A stretch of 63,149 nucleotides of DNA, the filler included, from Choristocarpus tenellus KU-1152 (taxonomy: Eukaryota; Protista; Phaeophyceae), in the NCBI GenBank assembly GCA_964200185.2. It is 9 parts of 9 records of this genome, joined end to end, with 100 filler letters (N's around TTAATTAATTAA, not from the genome) between each part and the next. Parts side by side here need not be neighbours in the genome. Positions count along the whole stretch, not along the records: positions 1 to 6,774 come from CAXNAD020007380.1; positions 6,875 to 11,856 come from CAXNAD020012283.1; positions 11,957 to 16,352 come from CAXNAD020014742.1; 6 more parts are not named here. The stretch is one strand, 5' to 3'. The translations under genes and the position numbers were made by a program. Under the pieces are notes generated by a model. That model did not search any database. It was not told the origin of the DNA and worked only from the letters and a program-made list of their open reading frames with translations. Positions 1-12,441 of the stretch are shown piece by piece (positions within the stretch are counted from its first letter, which is position 1; the number at the start of each line of letters is the position of its first letter).

Positions 1-710
1 GTGGCTGGAAATCAGTGGCAAAGGGGTTTTGCCCTGGTTGGTCACAAGGGGGGTTAGAATAGGGAGAGGAGAGGATTAGGGAGGAATGCAAAAATAGAAA
101 ATAAAGAAGAATAATAATAATCCAGAATTCGTGAGCAAAACAAAACGTCTGGTGATGTTTCCACGAGAGAGAGTGTGGGTCCATCATCAATGAAACTCAA
201 CACTATTACATAGTTCAGAGCATTACATATACGCTCTATTTATGTTTCAGGGGAAAAGCCAATTCGATATTTATCGTAAGAACTGTAATATTTGAAATAC
301 TTAAGGAGTTCGACGATTGGAGACAGAGACGGGAGAATTACTCAGTTTCAGGTATTGCGCCGGGCGAATTACAAGCCCTCAAAGTGAACAGGATGAGAAG
401 ATGAGGAACTTTGGATTGACAAGAAGGAGTACCATATGTGATCGATAGGGGAATAGGGGGCAGGTTCGGGAACAGGCGAGTATTGACGGCGAATGTGGGT
501 GGATAGTGATTTTCATTGTCCTATGAAACCACCCTGTCCGTACTTCTGTCCACTTGTGGTACGGATTTTACCAACTTTGTTAGCACTACCCAATCGTGAG
601 AACTATTGCAGTTCTCAAGTGTCTTGACTTAAGTGTGACAACAAGGGTTGCAGATTGTGGTGTGCCAGCGGAGTTCTAGCGCTTCCTGTATTATCCCTTC
701 GTCGTCCCAA

Positions 711-3700
711 ATGAGTTTACGTGTAGGGTCCAGCCTTCTTGCACGTAGAGGGAGAGATGCAACTCCCGGCAATGCTTGCGCTGGTACGATGGCTTTCTCT
801 CCTAAACGCGACTTCGTGCGGTTCCAAGGAAAGAAACAACGCCAGTCAATGCCTTCACCTCGAGTACGCTGTGCTCTGGTGGGTCTGCTTCTGCTGGCGG
901 CACTGTTAGTGCTAAAAGTGCTCAAGAGGGAAGATCTTCGTGGGAACCAACCAAATCAACCACAAGCAGAGACCGAAAGGTGGGGATGTCTGCATGAGGG
1001 AACCCACATGCCTCAACTGTCGTATCAGCCTGCTTGAGACATAGTACTTGAAAGAAGCTCTAGCCCATACCATTATTTCCCCACAAATGGTGTATATAGG
1101 ACATGTATTATCCTTACTGACTCCTTGGCTGTCACTGAGGTGTTGACGGCCACGCTGTAGGACGTTCCACTTCTTTTGAACCATCTGTTTGATGTCTCAC
1201 TGACTCCCCCAATGCGACGGCATGCAACGAGCATGATAAATATCACTCGATACTGCCATTATCGCTTTTGCAAACGCCTGAAATGGACGAGGGACTCCGC
1301 CGATGCCATCTTGATATTCCTGCCAGAGGCCAAGAGAAAGGAGGGTTGCAACCACCTCCAGGATTCTCAACAGGTTGCGCTGGGATAGCCCACCGAGACT
1401 GTTGGGCTGGAGTTTATGTAAGTACGCTGACAGGAGAAGTAGTCTTGTTAACGCCAGAGGGGCGAGTTCTTCAATCTCCAGGGTCCACCTCATCACGGAC
1501 GAGAGGTCAAGATATCCTGTGGTGGGGAGCCAAGGAGAGAACTTTGGAGGTGATCGCTTACAACGGGCATGGGTTTACACTATCCAAAAAGGGGACATTC
1601 CAACACATGTCCATGCCTGCTGCAACGATTGAAGAAACTGAGTTAATTTTTGAGTCGGTGAGTGGTACAACATCAAACAGCACAGAATCTGGACCGGAGC
1701 AAGCATTTAGCCTAGTGCGTGATAATGCTGGTTTTGTGTTTCCTGGCTGCTTGTACATACTCAGCCTTCCTGCGTGGACAAGATACCCAGGAGATCCAAC
1801 AACTGTTCGTGTTATCCTGAGTGATGATGGGTGGATTGCAGACGTAGGAGGTACCAATTGGAAAGCTGCATGGTCGCATGGGAACGGAGCAACAACAGAG
1901 ATGAGGGGGGGTCAATTCTTGAGTCTTTCACTGGGCAGATCTCACCAGGTACGGTCACTTCAGGGGTGCATTGACCAAATAATTATTTGTGTTTAGCAGA
2001 GCTCTATGTTAGGCTGGGCAGTTGTGAAAGATATAGTTAAAACAGCAGCCTGCTTTCTCACGTTGTGGAAGGTTCAGTCTGACTATTGAATGTGAGTGTA
2101 TTGGGCTGATCCAAGCGGTGGGACCGATCTGGACATGCTTTTTATGGGTCGCATAGAAAATTTCGAAATGTATCCACTGTGTTTGCAAGATTTATTTGCT
2201 TCCTCTAGTTTTCGTTTTGTTATGTCCACCTTGCAGTCTGATATACAGTAGTCAGGACAGAGTCAGGTAGGGACAGGGCTCAATGTGTTCTGGCAGGGTT
2301 GATCCAATGTAGAGTATTTCTGGCAGTCAACTGTTCCTATGGCCTGGTCCTGCGGTCTATCCTGTGACCCTGGACTGGACTGCTGCCCGATGTAGAGCCT
2401 TGTTCCATTGGGGAAGTATAATTTCCTAGAGTCTCGCAAATTTGTTCAATTTCAATATTTTTCACTCCTCAGGAAAATGTAATGCTTCTCAACCTATAAC
2501 GCTTCTGGATAAAAAATTGGCATATTTGAGGTACAGTGTACCTTATCCATTACAAGGTCGTGTGTGTCGTTATAGTATTTGTTTGGACAATGTTCTGTGT
2601 CCAGCTGCTTTATATCGTCTGTTCTCCATGCAATCAATGCCAGAGTCGATTTGCTCTATATTAGCAACCGTTGTCAAGCGCAAGGCTTGTGTGTAACGCC
2701 TGTTATCAAGGCAATTCTTTTCCGGTGCGATTCGCTGCGTAATGGTTCCGTTTGCTGAATTATTATTCCGTGTGTGAAGGGGTCCACTCTTTCGGTATTT
2801 TTTGTTGTTCCACGAATTGGTTTGGTTCTTTTACAAAGCAGAGGAAGCGATCAATGGAAAATTAGTATGGGAAGAGAGAGAGAGAGGATGTACGTCGATA
2901 ACAAAAAAAGAAAAAAAACCCTACAAAAAATGCTTCTGTTATACTTGCCCGTAACTTCCACGGTCCTGGACAGTGCTCAGGATCACTTGCTCTATAATGT
3001 CTGTTGTTCGATGAATGGTTCCGCCAAAGCAGTCTCTTATATCTGTTGTTTTTGGACAATGCTCTTGGCCATGTGCTCTGTAGCATCTGCTGCATGGACA
3101 GCGTGTTGGTTTGGATGCTCTGATTTGTGAGTGGTGTTGAACAAAAAGTAGATGTAGAGTAATTGCCAGAGCTCTGAAGTAATTGATTCTTTCTTAAGCA
3201 GGCCTCAATTTACGCACAAGAATCAAATATCGTGGAAGGGTCTGTCGGAACTAAGCACTGCTAATATATACAGAAGATTAATTCTTTTTGAATTAGAGGA
3301 ACTGTTTTATATGTTGGTGGTAAGGCAGTACCTTTTCTCCTCTGAACTTGAGAGTTCAAACCCGGGTGGCGTCAAATGTTTTTCCTGAATGTTTGGTTTT
3401 GTTGAACTGTGTGACAAGTAAAACGAACCGTACACCTGAACATTATTGTTCTAATACAAGACCAAAACGCATCGAAAAACCTTCGACGTGGTGGCAAGAG
3501 TTCATTGCAGCTGCAGCCGAGCTCATTGCAGCCGAGTACGGCATTAACAAAAGATAGTAGTATAGCGCAGTGTGCAGTGGGTCTGACCGCAGGTTGGAGC
3601 TAGTTAGAGTTGAGCTTTATTACTACTCCGTGGCACTCCATAGTCCCAGACAAGAGTGCAGATATCCACTAGTATTGGATTGAGAAAGGAGCTTTGTCTC

Positions 3701-4331
3701 TTGTGAGCAGCCGCCCCTGCGAGGATGTGTTCCTTGGTAAAACCCTCCCAATAGTATTTACCGTGGCTGTATGGACTTTGTTGGAAGGCGTAATGGAACA
3801 TCTAATCTTTTCTTTGTTGTTGTGATGGTCCATGTGCACCCTCCCATCCTACCTTCGGCGAGAAAGGGCGACCAAGAGGGAAGGGTCCTCACACTATACA
3901 CGCCAGATGGTGGGAGAACCTGGATAGAGTCTACGCCACCGGGGCAAGGGGCCGGCATTGGTAAGCCTGTTGCGGTGCTAAGCCTTGAGGCACCTGCCAA
4001 TGTCACACTTTTTCCTGCTTCACCACCTATTGAACCCTTGCTGAAACACCTCTCGGGATATGATGGTGCTCGTGAGGAGCCTGTGGAAAGTGGGGGCCGA
4101 GGCGATGCTGGTAACAACCGTGGCAAGACCAAGGTAGGTGGGAAGTTGGAGGAAATCGTCTCCGTGTTTGAGGGTCAGCCTTTGCTGCTGGGAAGGCCGG
4201 CACCAGGGTCGTTGACAAGATCTGGCTTTCTTGTTGTGATATCCAGGGCAGTGCCGAGGCCAAAGGAGGTAAGGGTTAGGGTTAGGGTACTTGCTATTCA
4301 TTGATTTAGTGAAGGCGTTGTTGCAGGAAAG

Positions 4332-4370
<39 letters not shown>

Positions 4371-6136
4371 CCAGAATATGATTGGCGGTATGGTGATGTT
4401 GAGGGCAAAGGAGAGTTCCCACCAACCAGATGTTGAGGGGATTGGTAGACTGGTACGGAATGATGAAGTATGCCACCAATGTACGAGTATTCTGCTGACA
4501 GTGTATGTTTGATATTTCACGCCTTGGAATGCATAGCACTCAATAGTATGTTGTGCCCATCTAAGAATGATAGGAAGCACGTTATTGAGATCCACAAAGA
4601 AGAAGAAGAAGAAAAAAAAACAAAAAACAAAAAATATTCGAAAAAAAACAAGAAACCGGTTCCGACCAAAAAGGTACTGTATATCATGACGCTTACGGCG
4701 AAAACAGGTGAAGCACGATTTAGTGTCTGTGACACTCCAGTCCGAAATATCTGTAACGCTATGTAGCGCCTGTAACACTCCAGTCCAAAACAAGTCCAAC
4801 ACTATGTAGTGCCATTACATCTCCAGACCAAGTCATACACACGTTATGTACCTAACACCTTGTGTTAACATAGTGTCACAAAAAGTGCTATGTTGTCCAT
4901 GGTGTGTGGAAATATGTGAGATATCGTCATCCATTCTTCTTATAGTCATTCCGTTCTGCTGACTCTATCCCTTCTACAATTACATCCCTGACTTTTTTAT
5001 TTTGTTTTTATTGAATGAAAAGTCTCGGACAGATCATGTTTCGTAGTTGTATGTATTCACTGCTGTGTGCGTCCTGTCTCATCATGCACAACTGAGACTC
5101 GAAAAATAAATAAATATAGAAGATACTTTAATATTTCACACACTATTTTTTTTCTTTTTCTGAGGTATAATGTATATTATTATTTTTTTAGTTGAAGGAT
5201 GCGAACGTGCCTCGAGTGTAACTGTTATTTTTTTTAACCTGTTTTCCCAATATATATATATATATACATATATATATTTATATTTTTTGTAATCTACCGC
5301 ACAGAATAATTTCCCGTAAAAATTCTTTCATGTGAGCTTTAGAAATTTCATGAGCCTTTTGTCTGTGACTGTTTTTGGTTGGTACACATACATACATACA
5401 TACATACATTTTTTTTATTGTGTCACAAAAAGGGTAAAATAGTAGGGCAATACATTAATGTGAGTGAGTACCCCCCCTCCCCCCCCACTACTGATCAAAT
5501 CTGACCAATCAATCGTAAGGTGCGGTCCACAGTTTCTTTTGTTGCTTGTTAAAACTGGTATTATAGGGTTAGAATCGAGATTTAGGTTAGGGTTAGGGGT
5601 TAGATTGGACTTTTTTTGAGCGGCATATTGTACTCTGGACAACTACACAACCGTGGGCGAAGTCTACATTGCATATATATATATATCTATATCTTACATG
5701 GAACAGCAAAGTCTGCCCAGATTTGTGAGAGTCCAGTGTCAATAGCGTAGCATCACTCACAGTTTCCTGTATGTTATGTTTGTGTTGTGTTACGTAACCT
5801 TACCACAACCGTGCACAGAAAAAAGAGGACTTGCTATGCTGGTTTGATGGAGTTGGAGCCAGTGCTATCTGGATCTCATGGAGTATGGTTCTATGCAGGT
5901 GAGGGTAAGTAGACCTTGACCCATAATTGGTGTTTTTTGTTTTGTTTTGAATGGAGTAGCAGAGGCTCACTGCATTTGGTATAGTTAACAGTTTTTTTTG
6001 AGACAAGGATATTGGAATGTGATACAACTGGAAGACACGTGCTGTAGCATCATCTGGAGTGCTCTGGAGCCCTTCTTGTGGCAGTATTTACTTTCAGTAC
6101 AACGGGCACATCTACCTTCATAAATACAAATGCTGA
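711..6136 (+). CDS. Putative multi-exon membrane-anchored protein with an Asp-box (BNR) motif; exon structure unresolved, possibly a pseudogene
   Basis: Hydrophobic segment ALVGLLLLAALLVL in ORF 648-1037. Open stretch about 1193-1948 ending at CAG|GTACGG. ORF 3771-4268 contains YTPDGGRTW and ends at GAG|GTAAGG. Two small phase-compatible exons (about 5819-5898 and 6049-6136) read HGVWFYA/ASSGVLWSPSCGSIYFQYNGHIYLHKYKC*. I could not join all pieces in phase. Confidence 0.35.
4731..4859. repeat. Degenerate tandem repeat, 3 x 43 bp
   Basis: Core ctccag(t/a)cc...tatgta recurs in units starting near 4731, 4774 and 4817. Confidence 0.6.
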
Positions 6137-6278
6137 GTGCTGTATGTGGGTGAGTTGCTTGTATATATATATATATATATATATATATTTTTTCATATTG
6201 CTGAGTACGTATAGATTATACGTTGTAATCTCTTCCTCTTCCTTTGAACTCAAATATTATTATTATTATTATTATTAT

Positions 6279-6570
6279 GAGTGAAAGTATCTTAGGGTTA
6301 GGGTACGAGTTTTGCCCTATTTGTCCGTTTGGGGCTTGACTGACTTCTCATGAGTTTTTTTAATGACATTTTCCTACTCCAAAATGTTTTGTAGTAACTT
6401 AGGTAAGATGTATACGTTATGAAATGGTGTGTCTGGAACATGATGGATACCGACACTTCCTAACAAACACGTGTCCTAACAAACACGATAGCCAAAATTA
6501 CATCAAAATCGCAACATTGGAATTTGGCCCCCAAATGGACGTGGCCCTACCCTCTAAGATACTCTGGCTA
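6279..6570 (+). mobile_element. MITE family 1 copy carrying a TTAGGG insertion in its left TIR
   Basis: GAGTGAAAGTATCTTAG...CTAAGATACTCTGGCTA; internal sequence matches the other family 1 copies. Confidence 0.85.
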
Positions 6571-6774
6571 TAATAATAATTATTATTATTATTATAATTA
6601 TCGCATATAGCAGTGACAACTTGGGTGTGTCCATTGACCGATTTGCCCCCATTCTCCAGCACTCTGCAGCCTATCTCTAGTCATTAAAGTGCTATTGTGG
6701 GCATTGAGTGATCGGTGTCAGTATTGTCCCCCCCCCCCCCCCCCCCCCCCCCTCACCCCCTCTGGTGGTGCGCC

Positions 6775-6874
6775 NNNNNNNNNNNNNNNNNNNNNNNNNN
6801 NNNNNNNNNNNNNNNNNNTTAATTAATTAANNNNNNNNNNNNNNNNNNNNNNNNNNNNNNNNNNNNNNNNNNNN
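6775..6874. other. Artificial contig linker; identical copies at 11857, 16353, 22175, 30955, 35283, 51300 and 57309
   Basis: N44-TTAATTAATTAA-N44, exactly 100 nt, with stops in all six frames, repeated eight times. Confidence 0.97.
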
Positions 6875-7402
6875 AAAACGAGAGACAGAACAAGGGAAAC
6901 ATCTGTTGTGGGGTAAGAGGGGGGGGGGGAGCAAACACACCTCTTCAAAAAGCAAACAAAAAAGAATTTGACAGAAAAGAGGTTACCATTTCAGACAAGG
7001 TACAAAAACTATAGCACAAAAAAAGGGCCACACACACACACACTGCCCTTGACTCTGATCTGTTTGTAACAAAGCAAATAAGCCACCGCAACCTTCCACC
7101 TTCATAAAACATCCAGAGATAAAAAAAAAAGATCCAGGGTTTTCTCCCTGCTCAAAACACGTAAGAGGTTTTTCACATCATTTCAGCATGCACACCACAC
7201 ACAATCAAAGTCCCGAAAAGACATCTCCAGTGAGTAGAGATGAGAAACTTAGCCTGGAATTTGTGGTGCACAGTTCCATCCCAGTGCAAAATGTTGCACC
7301 AACCTATCACTTGTCAGACATCCTCCCCAATGGCTAAATGCACTCTCAAGATGACTCAATGCTGCCATCTCAAGTTCCCCCCTGCCACAGGTTGGGATGC
7401 CT

Positions 7403-8701
7403 CTAGTTGTCTTCATCCCATGGGCAGCCATTGGCCCTAGCCCATTCCAAGGTTTCAAGATGATTTCCATCAGCAGCACAAATACAAGTATCTTCATCCC
7501 ATGGGCAATCGTTTGCCCTGGCCCACTTGAGCACGTGCAGATGGCCTTTGATTGCAGCAGAGGCACAAGTATCCTCATTCCAGGGGCATCCATTCGACCA
7601 GGCCCACATTAAAACATTAAGATGACCTCCTCCTGCAGCAGCTGCACAAGTATCCTCATTCCAAGGGCATCCGTTCTCCCTGGCCCAGATGAGTGTATCC
7701 AGATGACCCCCATCAGCAGCATTGCTACAGGTGAACACATCCCATGGACACCCATTCTCCCTAGCCCACTGCAGGATGTCCAAGCGTCCCATTGAAGCAG
7801 CAAAGCTGCATGTGGCTTCATTCCAGGGACAGTCATGTTCCCTTGCCCATTTCAAGATGTGAAGGTGTTCACGGGCAGCAAAGGCACAGGTCAATTCATT
7901 CCAGGGGCATCCATTGGCCCTTGCCCACTTCACTATTTCCAGCTGACCCTGCATTACAGCAAATGCACATGTGTCCACGCTCCACGGACACCCATTGGCC
8001 CTGGCCCACTTCAAGGCCTCCATGTGACCCCCCTGAGCAGCACAGGTGCATGTGCAGGAGCTCCATGGGCATAAGTTGGCCCTGGCCCAGATCAAGACTT
8101 CAAGATTACCAACCCTTGCAGCAAAGGCACATGTTCCCTTGTCCCAGGGACAACCATTTGCCCTGGCCCACTTCAAGATGTGCATATGACCTCCCTGCGC
8201 TGCAACTGCACATGTTGCTTCTCCCCATGGGATATTGTTTTCCCTTGCCCACTTTAAGATCTCCAGGTGACCCCAGCGGGCAGCGATGGCACAAGTATCC
8301 TTGTTGAGAGGGCAGTTGTTTGCCTTAGCATAGATGAGAGAAGCCAGGTTCCCCCCTGCTGCGGCCATGGCCCAAGTCCTTTCATTCCAAGGACACCCAC
8401 TAGCTTTGGCCCATGCCAGTCGACTTTCGGACTGGACTGCTGTCTTTATGTTGGTCGACGTGGGCTGGTTACCCCAGGCTAATCTCCACATCTTGGACAC
8501 CCCAGCAACAAAAAGAAAATTCTGTGGTGTGGTGAATGACACGACATGCCTGATAATATCCAGATGATCCTTAAATTCAAGTTGATAACCTCGAGCAGGA
8601 CCAAACGACTCGGCCCCTCCCCCTTCAGCAGCATTGTTCACGAACTCTTTGGGGGGATGGAGTCCAGCAACCATGTCCAGGGTGCACTTGCGTTTGCACA
8701 T
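7403..8701 (-). CDS. Intronless ankyrin-repeat protein (about 12 x 27-aa CPW..TC..AA..GHL..L.WAR.NG) with an F-box-like N-terminal segment
   Basis: 432-aa ORF with clearly visible repeats; LDIIRHVVSF...FLFVAGVSKMWR resembles an F-box. Confidence 0.9.
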   Translation of the reverse strand: MCKRKCTLDMVAGLHPPKEFVNNAAEGGGAESFGPARGYQLEFKDHLDIIRHVVSFTTPQNFLFVAGVSKMWRLAWGNQPTSTNIKTAVQSESRLAWAKASGCPWNERTWAMAAAGGNLASLIYAKANNCPLNKDTCAIAARWGHLEILKWARENNIPWGEATCAVAAQGGHMHILKWARANGCPWDKGTCAFAARVGNLEVLIWARANLCPWSSCTCTCAAQGGHMEALKWARANGCPWSVDTCAFAVMQGQLEIVKWARANGCPWNELTCAFAAREHLHILKWAREHDCPWNEATCSFAASMGRLDILQWARENGCPWDVFTCSNAADGGHLDTLIWARENGCPWNEDTCAAAAGGGHLNVLMWAWSNGCPWNEDTCASAAIKGHLHVLKWARANDCPWDEDTCICAADGNHLETLEWARANGCPWDEDN

Positions 8702-10780
8702 GACTACCCTTCTCCTTTCTTGATGAGGACTTTATTCTTTAACAATAAGCTAAGCTTGTTTTGTGCAGGACAAAAAATTACTGACCCTGAACAAAGAAAC
8801 GAGTAATCCATTCAGTTCATTTGTTGTTGGAAATAGAGTCAACGAAATTGACCTGTGAGTTACAAAAAAGCGAGAGATACATTTTTTCATTGGAAATGAT
8901 GGACCCTAGGCGTGCTGAACATCAAGCAGGAGCGAGGAAGCATGAGAAATTGTAAAGTTTAGCTTTCTCTAAGATCAACCTCAAGATGCACCATACAAAG
9001 TTAATATCTTTAAAATATGAAAGCACAGTAAGGAAATAAGTGAATCAATTGCATTGCTCACGAGATTATCTGTACATGCTTGAAATCGCACCATACCTTG
9101 GACATCGAGGACTTATCTACAAACCATTTAATTGAGCCACAACAATCATTGGACGCTATCTCTGCTGGGATAAGCCTTTAGCCTCTTGACCTTCTCTACG
9201 CTCACAACATCATACATTGGTCAAAACTTTAGTATTCGGGAGACCCTCGCAGTGTGATAGACGGGAGTACGACACTTAGGGCAATTCGAGTTTGTCTCGA
9301 TTACTTCTATCCCAACTCACGTGAATCACAGTGGAAAGGCTTTTCCACTTCAGGTATGAAAGTCCCAGAGATGCAGGATCCTGTCCAGGGGAAACACGGC
9401 ATGTTTTGGAGGAAAACGAAAGATAGGAGCTTTATGTCTCCAGAAATCTGTACGCAAAATGAAAACAGAGGAACTCCAGGGTGTGGAATGAGAGGAAAAG
9501 TCCAGCGTGGAACCGAAGAGTCCAAAACTGCCGGATGTACGCATGTGTATATTAAAGGGAAACAATATGTTTTTATTAAGCGTGAGGGATGTCTCGATAG
9601 CAAAAAAAGTTGAAAGAGGCTACGCATGATTGGAGAGCAGTGTGTGGACATGGTAACCTAGGTTCCATAGAGTATCTCAGTCCAGAACACAAGTGTGTGA
9701 GAGATACTGTAAGTTGGAGGCGATTGTTCCTCTGACAGAGTGGCATTAAAAGGGAAGGCAATGGGTACATAGGAGAGGGAAAATGCACTGATCAAGGAAA
9801 ATGTTGACTTCTGTTACAAGTCATAAGGATTGGAAGACAGACGTAGAGACGCACCTCTGGTCAAAATCGACCCTGAAAGCAAGATCAAGATACTTTTCCA
9901 GTAGCTCACCCCTCTGTCGAGATTATATTGACTCAAGGTAGATGAGCACCCAGCTGTGTAGAAAGAACAATAAGAAAATCAAATGGAGAACAGAAGTTGT
10001 GAGGATGGGAGTTCTCACGGCAGACAAACCCCGTCAAGCCAGCTACCTGCAAATAACAGTTAGGAGGAGGAACCAGGACAGATGTATGTGGATAAGAAGT
10101 CGACAGGGATTATTTCAAAGTAAATGGAGGATACGCGAGAACGACCTGCCTACTCAAGATACCTTGAAAGAATCGGCAATTTCCACAGAAAACAGTGATG
10201 GATCCCCCTATCAGGCGGTGTTGCTTCTCGACTATATGCGATGCGTCAATTCCAGAGGGCTATGACTGGTAGCATTGCCTGCTATACCAAATCTGAAGCG
10301 TGCCCTACGTAAGGTCTCCACCTTGCTGTCAAAGATGATGCCAGGCACCCACCCCCTTTCGACTTCCCATGGGCGAGGGCTTTTTACAGGTCAGACGGAC
10401 ATGTAGGAAACTGTCCGGTCCCATCCCGCATGAATAGTATTCTCATATTGCTTTCCACATATTAATTTTGTAGCAAAAGAAGAAAAATCTGTACTTCTGT
10501 AGTAATACCATTTTAAGGCATCCTTAAATAAGGCTTGTTAGTCAATAAAACATTCCATTTCGAAATTATGAACGTAGTGTGAAAGACGTGTTTTGAGTAA
10601 AATGTTGACTACACATGCCTTGAGAACCTAGTTTGTCGTCATACAAACATAACACCCAGCAAGCATCAATCATGTCCGTCATTTTTACTTCCCGCACAAT
10701 TTGACCATGTATTCAGCAAAAGGTCGTTGTCTTCTTCGTGCCGTCATACCATGATCGCATTTCACTGGACATAAATGTAG

Positions 10781-11294
10781 GTCTGGAATCTACCTTATTA
10801 GAATTTGTGGCACTGTGGATCCAGATGGGGACAATGAGATGAGACTTTGCTTTGAGTGCCACACCACCAGGGGAGAGAAGAGTGATAAGGGTACCAGTGA
10901 TGATGAGCCCATCATTGTGTCAAGGTCTTCATTTCCTCCAACTGAATACAGTCTTTTTGTTCCCGACAAATTACAGATGTCTGTCACAGGGTCAGATTTG
11001 GGGGAACATGCCGCTAACAAGGTTGAGGGCAGTGCCTTGGCAAACCATTCGGAGAAGCATAAGCACCCGTCAGGTGCCACTGGTAAAAGGAAACGATTAT
11101 TTTTGACCCAGAAAGGTTAATTGCTGGACTTGCCAACTGAACACAAGACAAACCAAGTCAGCATAACGGAGTGATATTGTGGTGACGTAATGACTGTTGC
11201 ACGAATTAGAGCAAACAAGAAAGAGGTCCAGAAGCAACTTCGTGCAAGTTCAAAGGGTGACAAGAAGGCATATAGGAAATCACAGGACCCAGGG
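10781..11294 (+). pseudogene. Disrupted coding-like segment with a Cys motif (RICGTVDPDGDNEMRLCFECH), probably TE-derived
   Basis: Protein-like frame continues through in-frame stops after 11117 to a GT near 11295. Confidence 0.3.
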
Positions 11295-12398
11295 GTAATC
11301 ATTTATACCTCCTACATGTGTGTTGCAGTGTTGCTGTGTGCATGACTAAAGTGTTTGTAACTAAATGTCCAACTGCTACTATGCCCTACGTTAAGATATA
11401 CATTATTATTGAAACAAACTAATCGCTGAGCGCTGTTGTCCTCCTCTTACTGGGATTAGGTGGATACCATGGTCACAGGTTATGTGGAGGAGGCGTAAAG
11501 AGCTGGCTTGGCAGTGAATCAAGACACCATATTGTCATTTGGTCTCAAGTCCAAGGCATAACTCCTTGCCAAAAGCCACAGTAGTGCGAACATCGAGGGT
11601 GAGGGAGAATGTGAGCCTGATTTCGTTGGGGCACTAGCCAACCGCCATCCATATGAAGGCTGGTGAGCTTCTGATAACAGTAGCATCGCTATCTAGGGTG
11701 CAGAAATGGCCACAACTATAAGGGCAAGAGGATGTAGTAGAGGCCTTGTCATAGGACATACAGAATGAACTACTGGATATACCCTGTTCTACAAGCACTG
11801 GTAATGAGGCTGGCGAGAAAGGGAGTGAATCAGAACTTGAGACTATGACAAGGTGGNNNNNNNNNNNNNNNNNNNNNNNNNNNNNNNNNNNNNNNNNNNN
11901 TTAATTAATTAANNNNNNNNNNNNNNNNNNNNNNNNNNNNNNNNNNNNNNNNNNNNCCCCCCGCTTCCCCTGCCCCCTGCCCCCTCCCACTAACCCACGA
12001 TCATACTATTTTCGGTGGTTTGAGATCCAGCGAAGAGAGTACTATTGGGTCGGTGGAGTTCCACCATTACAAAGAGGCGATGTCAACTATGAAGTAGGAG
12101 ATTCCTCTCTCTGGCTGACTCAACCCCATTCACTAGAACACATGCAAAATCCTCCAAGAACTATAAAAACCACACAACCTGGCATTGATGGAAATAAGGG
12201 GAGGCATTACGAATCTCAAGATTCTGTATTCTTTTTTTTCATCCCCTGCTCTTTCTCACCCCAAGCCAAATGCACACCCTCCCATCGCAGCTCAGCTCTG
12301 CCTTTGAGAAGACGGTGTCGGACAGGCTGTAGTGAGTTCGCAAGGGCTCCGATTTTTCCTGTGTGGAGGAGGATAGTTAGTAAACAGGGAAGGAAATC

Positions 12399-12441
<43 letters not shown>

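Noticed and set aside
4731-4859. CRISPR-like array (also 44001-44204)
   Set aside because: Only three units, the putative spacers are homologous to each other, there are no cas genes, and the context is eukaryotic.
6819-6830. Recurrent TTAATTAATTAA palindrome as a biological motif
   Set aside because: Always centred in an exact 100-nt N block, so it is an assembly linker.
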